A stretch of 64,000 bases of DNA from Azolla caroliniana. Lineage: Eukaryota > Plantae > Polypodiophyta. Location: positions 14,012,001 to 14,076,000 of the forward strand of contig JBHGNT010000008.1 in the NCBI GenBank assembly GCA_043228905.1, read 5' to 3'. The notes under the pieces were generated by a model. It saw nothing but the letters and a program-made list of their open reading frames with translations, ran no database searches and was not told the origin of the DNA. Of the stretch, positions 48,401 through 60,400 are shown piece by piece (the first letter of the stretch is position 1; each line of letters opens with the position of its first letter). Both the position numbers and the translations under genes were made by a program.

Positions 48401-51400
48401 TCATGGTCCATGGGGCCAGGGCCTACATGCACGACAAATTGCTATTGCCCGATTTATTGTAACCCCTTTGTTATATCTTGTTCGGGAGGCCATTTGTGTA
48501 TCTCTTGATTGACTTGTAGCATTAAGAGTGATGGGGCTAAAGAAAGTTGTGATTGTTCTTTGTGGATGTGGTTGTGTGGCTGTATTATTGTCCTTCAACA
48601 ACTTTTCCCTATGTCTCTTGAGTTCTAGCAAGAAAAGTCCTAGGCATCGTTGGTCATCATATTCCATTACCTTGCGTAGTAGGCCAAAGCCTTGTTTAAA
48701 GAGGCAATGGTATCTCCCTTTGATTTCATAATAGACACTACAATGACAAACATATTGTTCTTCAGATTCCACTCCTCAATGACACAATTAGCAAATTCTT
48801 TTTTCTAGAGGTGTTCGTGTATATCTGCCTACCTCAATCTCTAACTAATGTGATGAAGTTCGCAACTACCCTATCACATTATGCAATGCATAGGATAGAT
48901 GTATGTCCAGATAAGGTGGCCAGATAATGAATCCATCGTCCAATGTGTGTAAGAAGTGTCTTGTAGTCGGCCATCTTTGTACGAAGTGATATTTTGGGGC
49001 TGATCCATGTTATCTTGTTTTCCAAGTTAATAATATCAATCGAGATCACTCTATTCTTTTCAATTTTGGTCATATTTAGATGGGGAGAGTCCAAGCTATA
49101 TTGGAACAAGGGTAGTGCATTTATACTCATGCCATGTTACTAGAACCATTGCTGCATTTCAGCATACCAACAATGCATGTCTCCATTTTCAGCCAGTTGT
49201 CTTGATGAAATAAGTGCCAACCTTGGATACCTCCGTTTGGGGAGTTCCCAATGACGTTGGATACATGTCACTGATCGGAACAATGCCTCAGTGATTATAG
49301 GTGCCGCTCCATCTCTACACGGATTATATCATGGGACACCGATGCTTTGCTCCTTATCATGCAAGCAATCATTGACACTAAAGGTCTCTCTAAATCTTTC
49401 CAATGATTTGCCTTGTTAAGACTCAATCCCTACGTTTCTACTCCATAGAGAAGAGTTGGTGTGACGAGTGTATCAAATAACCACAACTTAGTTCGCGGCT
49501 CTTGGAACGGCAAATGTGCACATTGCCTTTCGAGAGCACCAAGGGTTGCATATCCACGAGAAAGTCAGGCACAACCGACCTCCCGTAAGGAGAACCTCGG
49601 CCCTGTAAATATTACTCCTAGGCATGTGTAGGAGCGTGTGTATTCTACCTTTTCCTCTCCAGAGACGAATTCCGGTTCTGATCTTGTTACCCATGCTTGA
49701 GTGGTGTTAAACACCATCACTTTAGTTTTATCCATGTTGATTGACAAACCTTTGTCCGTACAAAATAGTAATATAGTCCCTCCAGAGAGTCAGAAATCAG
49801 CACAATGTCATCAGCATATAGTAATATTTGTATAGCTATACCTGCTAGGCATGCTGAACCCCCGAATCTCTCTGTGTAATGTGATACCTCACCTATATAG
49901 AGACCAAAGAGAGTGGGGGATAGTGGGCATCCTTGCTTCACTCCAATTGTGCTAGCCACCGCCTCTGACAAACCCTTGGAAAACCACACTTTTCTTGACA
50001 CGGATTCATAGATTCCCCATTGCATATCTGTAGGAACACCAAGGGCTTCTAGCCGCTGCATAAGCCGAGCACGTGCCACATGTGGCACAAAGAGAGATTA
50101 ATGTCTTTTAAAAGAGAACAAAATGCCCAATGAGATCAATATTTGAGTTACATTCACAGAAAATGTTGTTAACAATGTCAGTTTATTGTAGGATAAATAA
50201 AAACTGTCCACCATCTCAGTAATCAAGACTTCTTCCCGAGTTGTATCCTTACATCAACCTACATTAGGAATGACAAAACTTGATTTGCATCTGAAAATGC
50301 TGACCCATCTTGGAGAACAAGCCAAATATATATAAATACATAAGTTAAACTGTCAATAGCTCTCTCTCAAGCATTTTTCTAAGAGTGTATACATTTAGAC
50401 ATTCCATGCTTTTGCAAAACGATTTTGTTCGCCAAGCATACAACAATTGTCAATGTAAGCTTAAATGAACAGAAACAATTGACTTCTAAATTTCTTCCAC
50501 ATGGGCTGGTCTAAGATTGACATATCTCTGAAGAGAGGAAAGTACATTCTTATCAGATGATAATGGCCTCGCATCCATAGGTTCATCCATAAGGAATATT
50601 CTTATGAAGAAATGGAATACTATTACTCTGCCCTTGTTCATGCATGAATGCAAAATCAGTACATATGAGTTTAAGAAATCAGATCGTGCAAGTGATCCAA
50701 GAACATACTAAAGCGATGCAAACTCAGAATGAATACACTTGCAAAAGTTGATAATCATGCTTGCTTATATTATAGAGAAAAAAGTATGTAATTGTTCATA
50801 CCTCCTCTATGAAAGCGCCCTTGTTTGACCTGCATACAACCCACTCTTCCAGTAGTGTCTGGAAAAACAAGAAAATATCAAGCCACGAATATCGAAGGCA
50901 CAATTATGAATATGTGTGATGCAGTACCTTATGATCAAACTCATCCATTTTCAGTACAATCGGGATAATAATGGCTTTAGTGGATGCTTTCTTAGCAGCC
51001 TTTTCAGGTGATTGATCATTAACAGCATTGGTGAAATTTGGCGACTGACCTTTCACTGCATTCACTTTTAGTTGATTCAGAATAATTACTTCCCTTTTGT
51101 GTGTAGCTAAACTATGATAGTTAGCAGAAAATAAGGATTTCCAAAAGCACAATAAATAAAACTGTATAATACCAAATGAAGATGAATTTATAATTGATGC
51201 ATAATGAGGTTCCTGACATGAATCAACTGATGACGCAATGCCCCTGGAACCCCCGACAATTTCGGCCTTAATATTTTCTTCTGAAAATCTTGTGCTTTCA
51301 ATATTGGTGGTAACTTCTGCATTGATATTCTGTCCTTGTTTGGTGCTAGATATCACTTTTTCTGTTTCTCTAGCTGTAGGAATGTCTGCATGGCTTGTCT

Positions 51401-54400
51401 TACCGTTACTTTCCTCATCCATAAGATAGATACTAGGATCCAAATGTATGCCCTGAAAGTACATAAACAAGTCCAACCCCTAAATCTATAAATCTAATTG
51501 ATTGCATTGACGTCTGATAAGCAAATTTTAAGAAACACGTCACTTCAAGTAGTATCTCAGCAATGTTCTGTACATACTACATATTTGTTCCATGTGATTT
51601 CTTGGAAAACAATTATCCTAAATGTATGAAAGAAAAAATTCTTTTCAGGGAGTCATTTTTGGTAGACATTTCTGTCCAAACAATGAATCCTCTGTCCAAG
51701 CACCAATCAATTGTTTCCGCCACTTCTTCCACATCTTACTAACAAAGACTATCGTATATAATCTATGTGGGATTTTTTTTGCCTCAGTTTTAAGCAGTCA
51801 CAGGTTGAGTGAGCCTGAGCCAGAGCCAGTGAATTGTTTTCCAAAACTCACAGACCCAGTTCATTGTTTTCCAGCCTGCATTTGCTATGAGCCAGAACCA
51901 GTATATTTTTGTTGGAAGAAGCAGTTTCATTCAAATACAAATTAGATCGACCGAGCACTGCATGTGCCACTACTGCTTCTATGAAATAAAGTAAATGGGC
52001 GGAAAGCCAACCTGCTTTCTACAAGGAGTATAGGAACATGGCCTTTTAGGACTTAATCTTATATAGAATAATATAACTACTACTGCATCATATCTAATCA
52101 ACTGTGCGTTAAAAATTTTCATTTCAAAATATCCTAAAATATAATATTCACAACAAAGAAATATTCTCCAGATAGATAACAGACCTCAATTATAATTGGT
52201 TTTCCATCCTTCATAGCTTTCTTCAAGTCTCCATGCAGCCCTGAAATTCATAGCAGTCTGTTGGCAAGGCATCACAATTCTGTGTAATTCAGGTAAACGT
52301 TTATGGACCAAAACGTTTATACCTTTTCTCAGAATCCTGCATTCTCTTGCAAACTCTGTAACAAGTTCCTCCTGAGATGAGAAATCCCTTTCCCAAACAG
52401 GCGTTGAAGGGAGGGGGGCACTATAAGCATTAAATAAACTGCATCAGAATGTTTGTTGCATCTCCTCTTCTTTTGTAATCTACACAGCCTTGTAAAATTA
52501 AACTTTCCTACAGTCTCCATGGAAACCTACCATGAACAACATTATAAGAGAGGAAAAAGATTTGCAGTTTGTGTATCGGTGCATACCCAGACTCTGCTAA
52601 TAAATTAAGAAGACAGCTCATAATGGCCCACATCATTATTCTTCGAGAATCTGGAGGAATTATTATGAATATACAGGAAATATGTGTGGTTTGAATTTAA
52701 TGTTTAAATTTGTGGGTTTCACTACATCACTACATTGAGAAGATCATAACAGTAGTTACACGGATATATTTATTCCAGAGTTGGAATCAGCCATTGTATA
52801 TGTATATACATTAGCTTTGTGATAACTTATGCATGGGATTTTGACCTTTAAATCTCAATAAAAAACCCCAACAACAAGCGAATAACATTATTTTACACAA
52901 GCATGGGACTATATAACCAGAAACTATTGACAATGCTGTGAGATGAAAGATTGTTATGAACTTAGAATGATGACGGTCCCGATGAACGATTGGAAATTAG
53001 ATTTGTATAGAGGACACACAAGCTCATTACACATCATCTTATTAGTGTCAGCTTTCTGTTGGAAGCAGATGGTAGTTGGAGCTATAAAGTCAATCTTTTA
53101 TCCAACTACATTGTTTCTTTGAGAGCAGATTAATTGGCAAGTGGACACTTGAGAAATCTGTTACCTAGACACCCTAGGTATCAATACATGTAAAGACAAC
53201 TGGGATCTATAATGTTAGGGTATGTATACTTTATCGAAATAGATAATTTGCCTATGGACATCGTTTCAACCAAAATTTCAGCAAATCAAACATCTCGAGC
53301 AGAAGTCTCTCTTTACATATCAACAAATGTAGGTTCCCTAAATAACCTCAAAACAACATCAACCATAAGTTCTTGCACCTTAGGTTGATGATATGTACTT
53401 TCCTAGATCGACCTAGAAATTCAATTCCTTAGAAAATAGAGTATCGTTACCAAAAGGATGATTCCTGAATCCAAGCTGACATATGAAATGAATATAAGAA
53501 CTCGCTGGTTCTTCTATGGGGTAGGACCATACAAAGGGATATCATAAACGAGCTCTGTTCTATATAGTTGCGAATACAAAAGCATGAACATTTGAAAATA
53601 ATGAAGGATTAACTTGGAGTACACTTGAGTCATCTCTAGAAAAAAACTATGGGTGGCTTATGTAAAATCAGGATTAATGGCTTTGGTAAGTATCCAAAAG
53701 CAGCCTTTCATGTCTCATAGGAGATTCCATATTTCTCAGTCATATACTGTTCTTTCATGTATCTCCTAGAGGCGCACTCACACATGTTCAGATGATGCTT
53801 CCCAGACTGACTTCACTCTAAAGAATATTTATAAAGAAAAATAGATACCAATACTTTCATGCAGTTTCATTGAATCTATACACTTTTATGTTAATATGAA
53901 TATAATACACAGCTCAATTTTTAAAGAAGAGAACATACTCTGTAGATGTACGGATCAGTTCATAAACCATATCTGTCTGCACAACACATATATCTAGTAA
54001 GTTTAACAGAATTAAAATACTTTTCCATGCAGTTTAGGATCAAACTTCTGTAATTTACAACAATTTTGGACAACAATGATTTTCAGTGTAATTTTCATCG
54101 AAACTCCATGTTCTCTAAACTGAAAATCGCTACTATAGATTAAAGGATCATCCAACTTTCACACTTGTTTTGCTCCTAATACTTATACTGTTATTTTGAA
54201 GAAAGGAGATATTTGTGGTCAATTTCTCAAATAGATACAGTTCTATTACCTAAACCCATTCACTTTGGGCATCAGCCTAAGGTCAGCCCATATAAATAAT
54301 TGTCTTAACAGATTTGACAGATGGAAAAATAACAGCCCATTGGACATTCAGCATAAACCCATCGGCATATCCACACTATATAATGACACCCAAATGCAGC

Positions 54401-57400
54401 CTATACTCTCTGGTATGTTTCCATCTCAAGCATGGAATTCAGGTATATGTCTAGATGCTGCAGTGAGGATGCAAAACTCTTAATGTTCTATTTCCTACCT
54501 ATGTCTACAAAGAGCATATATAATGGTATCGGTGCTCAGTCTTTGCATCATGTATGACTCCAATCTCAGCCTCCATCCATTCAGTGAGTTTTATTCTCTT
54601 ATGGCAAGTCATATCTAGTCTTTGTGGTACAGTGCTTGTAAGGTAGCACTAATCCCATCTCTACCTCCAAGGTACACTAAATGTTGTTACTAGTACAGCA
54701 TCCTCGATGAAGGCACTATGTGGTCTATGCCACATCAGTATGTAATTCTGCAGACTGATAGGGCCTCCACGACTTCTATCAATGGTTTCATGTCATTGCA
54801 GGTGCTTGCAGCCAATTGATATTCAAGTTTAAATAAGAAAGTGTTCTAGATATAGAAAAATGTAAAACAAGTTCATGAATCTATAACATCACAGTTATTA
54901 TGTAGAGATAAGAGGCTATTTGAATTCTCATTTTGCACTAAAAAGAAAACGAACTGAATTCTCAGACTGCCTACCTGTAACACATTAGGTAAGTTCAGAC
55001 GCTGCGCAAGCTGTGTTGCAACAGTTGATTTTCCCACACAGGCAGTTCCACAGACAAGAATGACTAATGGAACCCTTTGATGATGAAACCTGTAAATTTG
55101 ATGATGGCATGATAAATTTAAAGACTTTCCTAGTCCTATTTCAAATTTCCAACGTTTTAAATAGTTCTAGATTCTTGACACACAAACAAACCTTGTCATC
55201 ATTTTGTACCGATTGATATATTCTTCACCATAACCACGCCGTTCCATAAGCTTATGAAAACGATATTGTAAATGCTTACTCTTTAGACACAATTTTAAGC
55301 AAGAGAACCAATAAAGAAAACTCTTACTTTGAAAAGGTTGGCCTCCAAGTCTGTTTGTGACCTACAGCATACATCATGATATTAAGGAAATGAATCATAT
55401 TAGAGATTTTTTTGAGTATGACATTTATGCATTGCTTACATACACGTCCAACAGGCTATTATCGATAAGAAGTTTTTTCAGCTCAAGGGATATTTTAATC
55501 GCAACATGATTTGGTATCTGCAAAAAGTATAGAGATAGTAAGTGCCCACAATCAACCCATAAAAGCCAGGACTGAACATCTAGATATGCCATCATCATTG
55601 TGAAGAGTATACCTTGGTCACAGTGAGCATTCTGCTTAGTAAAAATCTTGAGAGAACATAATAATGGTCTGCATTCTCTCCCAGCCAAACCCGAACCTGC
55701 TCAAACATAAGCCCATCACTGTTTATGTAAGTTTTCAACATTAGCAAAACAGAATTCAGCTTTAGTCTTGTAGTTTTACAACAACACTTAGCTTTTGAGC
55801 CATATTAAGAAAATAACCTTTATTCACAACCCAAGTACTTCTCCTGAGAGCAACTTGCCTTATAATTTTTACCTAATTATCTATTATTATGTATTTGAAA
55901 CAAACCTGATTTTAACTTTCAGCTACAGAATCAAAAAGTGAAGAATGAAAAGGATGGCTACAATAAAAGGAATTAAAAATAGCCAAGGTAAAGAGACAAC
56001 TGAAATATGTCTCAAGAAGATGATTGATGGTGGATGTAATAAGAGGAAGATATTGTGACAAATAGCTGTGTGGAGGACGAGAAGCATCTTATGAGTGGGT
56101 TGTTAAACACAAGGAAGTTGAGGCACATTGAGAAACTAAGAAATAAGATGCTCGCATATTAAATGTCGAAGACTAAAGTGTGGGGAACTATTGACAGGGC
56201 TCTAAAATGTTTGTGAAGATTGGTGACCCCTCTAGAGCCTAAAACAGCCAAAAACTAGAACAAAAAAGACTAGAAAGAAAGAAAGAAAGATATATTAACG
56301 TCTTTTAAGAGGCCAAAATGGCCTATAAGACCGAATAAGAGATTACATCTTAAATGTTTTCTCGTCTTTGAGAACAAATCAAAATAAAGTAAATATTACA
56401 CAGTAACTATAAAAGTAAATAAGATGAAAAGAAAAGAGACGAGAGAATCTGGTTTTTGGCACATGCGAGATTCTCAAGTTAGGTATATTGTAGCTTTTGT
56501 CTCCGAAATATCTCTATCATAGGTCAATCCAGAATGGAAATGTCTCCGAAGCGAGGGAAGCTCCTACAATGGCGGGAGATAATGGCTTTTAGAGAGAGAG
56601 AGAGAGAGAGAGAGAAAGAAAGAAAGAAAGATATATTAACATTTTTTAAGAGGCCAAAATGGCCTTTAAGACCAAACAAGAGATTACATCTCAAGTGTTG
56701 TCTAGGCTTTGAGAACCACAAATCAAAATACAATAAATATTACTCCGTAAATATAAAAGTAAATCAGATAAAAAGAGATGAGGGAAACTGGTTTTTGGCA
56801 CATGTGAGATTCTCAAGTTAGATGTATTGTAACTTTTGTCTTCGAAAGATGTCTAGCATAGGTCAATCCAGAATGGAAAGGTCTCTGACGTGAGGGAAGC
56901 ACCTGCGATGGCAGGAGATAATGGCTTTTATCTGTCGATAGATGCTAGAGTAAGAATTAACATGGAACATTACAGAAAATAGATGCTAACAGAATCCTGT
57001 TCTTAATAACCAACACCAATTGCAATATTCCAGCAAAAATATTAAATTATGAGGGAAGCAAATGATAAATTGTGGTTGAAAGCAAGTGTCAGATATCAGA
57101 GCAGATGACAATGGAATGTAAAAGAGAAAAACTGAGAAGCAAATAGGAATTCAAATGGCTGAACATCGCACATGCAAAGTGACTACATTCACCTCTTCAA
57201 TTTCAACATTGCTATCCTTAGGTGGACTCTCTTTCATCTCTTCTTCAGTAGCATTTGTCTTCTTGCCCTTTCCTTTCACTTTCTTCCATTTGTAGCAATC
57301 ATGTTTAAGGTGAACCTTCTTGCTACAATGATGGCATTCAATATCTTTACCATGTGATTTACTAGAGCCTTGACGATCAGATTTGCCTCTCTATGTGAAA

Positions 57401-60400
57401 TGCCCCTATTATGCAAAGCACAAGAGGACTTACAAGATGCATTGTTCTGCCAATTCATCTCTTCGATGTGAAGAGAACTCTCTACATCAACAAACAAGAG
57501 CATCACATTTAAATTGCTAATGGCAGTTCTAGAGATATCCCAGCTCTTTGGCAAAGTGCAAAGCAAAAATATAGCCTTAAAACTCATCATCAATGACAAA
57601 TTTCAAGGGGCACAACAGCTGGCTAATAATAGAATTAAACTCACTCAAGTGAGTTGACATGGGTGGCCCTCTTTCATACGCAAATCCATAAGCTTTTTCA
57701 GCTAATAAACTTTGTTAGTTGCACTCTTCTAGGCATATCGTTGTTGGGGTAAAGGCCCTAAATGACCCCCTTATAGTGTGTACATGTGTATAAGCTTGTT
57801 TATAAAGGCCAGTAGTCACTTATCACTTTTTCATTATTTTTGGGCAGATCGTTCTAAATGGTCTTCCTGATTCATATCAAAGTTTTGCTTCTACTCTTCG
57901 TTTAATGATGAAAGGTAATCCCAATGCCTTATCATTCAAGGAGTTAGTTTCTGTTTTGTTACAGGAAGATCAATCTAGACAAAACAGGTCTATTACACAT
58001 GTTGCAGATCAAGCTTTCCTAGCTAGTCAGAAGGGCAAAGGTAAATGGAACTCTTCTGTTAGCAAGCAAAGTTTTGCTAATACTTCACAAGTGAATGAAA
58101 AAAAACAAGAGCAAAAACAGAAACTATTTTGCAAATACTGTAAAGGAACTTATCAAATTATAAAGAACTGTCCAAAATTGGTTGCAAAAGAGGCAAAGAA
58201 AAAAGAGGCAAGACTGGTTGCTGCAGAAGTGTCTACACCGAAAACGGAATCTGCAAATCTTGTGCAAAATGAAGAATGGGCATTTACTACTATTTGCAGT
58301 TTTGACCCATCTTCACTTGAACAATGCATGCCTACTATAGAATCAGATGTTTGGTACTTCGACAATTGCGCAACCAAACATATTACCTCCCAACGCAATT
58401 TTTTCTCTTCATTGGAGCCTGCCCCTATAGGGAATACTGTCACATGCGCCAACAACTCATCTTATCCAATTATGGGTGTTGGTAAGATCATTTTGACTAC
58501 TGCAAATGGCATTTTGTTTGTGCCAGGGATCAAGAAAAATCTGTTGTCAGTTTCAGCATTAGCCAAGATTGGCTTGGTTGTTAAATTTGTTGATGACAGG
58601 TGTACAATTCATGATCTGTCCAATGGCGATGTTACTATTGCTTCTAGTGTTTTTTGTCGTGGATTGTATATGCTCATAGATTATGAAAGATCGATAAATG
58701 ATTCAGCATGTGCAATACAAGATTCTCAAGCTATTTTAGACGCAAAGATGTGGCATGCACGCTTCGGTCATCTGAATTTTGCAAGTTTGCTTTGCCTGCA
58801 AAAATCTGAAATGGTGTCCTCCTTGCCCAAACTTGAGGCACCTCGGAAGCATGTTTGTGAAGTTTGTATTTTGGGCTAAATTTAGCGTTCATCCTTTCCA
58901 AAAGATGGTTCAGTTAGAGCTACACAAAAATTGCAGATTGCTCATAGTGATGTCTATGGTCCTATGCATGTTTGTGAAGGTTGTATTTTGGGCTAAATGC
59001 AACATTCATCCTTTCCAAAAGATGGTTCAGTTAGAGCTACACAGAAATTGCAGATTGCTCATAGTGATGTCTATGGTCCTATGCAGACACAATTCTCTTG
59101 GGAACTATCTTTACTTTGTGACTTTCATTAATAACTTTTCTAGACATGCATGGGTATATCCATTGAAGGCAAAGTCCGAAGTGTTTCTGTGCTTCAAACA
59201 GTTTCTAGCTTTGGCTGAAAATCTGTCAGCATGTAAAATGGGCACCCTCCGTTCTGATCGAGGAGGGGAGTATATGCCTTCTGAGTTTAATGCATTTCTG
59301 GCTGAACGTGGGAAAAAACATTAGTATACAGTGTCGTATACACCTCAACATAATGGAGTTGTTGAAAGAAAGAATAGGTCATCATGGAAATGGCGAGGTA
59401 TACGGTCAAAACTCAAGCTTTACCACATAGTTCCTAGCTTGAGGTTGTCACGTGTGCAGCATATGTACTTAACAGGTGTCCCACTAAAGCACTGCACTCT
59501 ATCACTCAATATGAGGCTTGGCATGGCCGAAAGCCATCTGTTGCTCATCTGCATGTTTTTGGTTGTTTGGCATATGCATTAGTGCCTAAACAACAACACA
59601 AAAAATTGGATGATAAAGCAGTGAAATGTATTTTTGTAGGATACAATTCTGAAAGTAAAGGCTATCGTCTGTATCATCCTCAATCTAAACGCATTCTAGT
59701 TAGTTGTGATGTTTTTGTGGAGAATGCAATTCAGCCACTTCTTTCATGTACTAAGGAGACATTAGTTAGCCACAGAGATGTGTATGACACTTTGTTGCCT
59801 CTTTTTACAAGTGGACAATTAAGTGTTGGCCCGCTTGAGGCACCTTCTTAACCTTTGGAAGCTACTCATAATGATGTTGATCATTCCATTTCTGATGCAG
59901 AATTCTATTTCTGATGCAAACTTACATGATGCACTTATTAATGGGAGGGCCAATATAGAGGAGGCAAAGATTGTGCCTAAATGGCTGTTGCAGACTTTGC
60001 AAGATAGTAAATTAGATGTTCCTTTGTCATACCGTACTCGTTCAGGTTCTCATAGTGCTTCTTTTGCATCAGATTGTTATGCTATGGCTGCCTCTAGTCT
60101 TTGTGATGAGAATGAGCCTGTTTCTTTTGATGAAGCACAAAATTCAGAAAATTGGATGGCTGCTATGCAATCAGAATATGATGCTATTATGAAGACTGGT
60201 ACATGGTCTCCTAGCAAGAAGGCTATCGGCACTAAGTGGGTATATAAGCTGAAGCTTAAACCTGATGGAACATTTGACAGGTATAAGGCTAGGCTTGTTG
60301 AGAAAGGTTATGCCCAAGAAAAAGGCATTGATTTTAATGAGACCTTTGCTCCCACCTACCGTATGGCTACTGTTTGTAGCATCTGTGCAATTGCAGCTCA

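Noticed and set aside
52990-53800. Possible Gypsy integrase remnant in intron 7
   Set aside because: Only faint motif traces; not supportable without a search.
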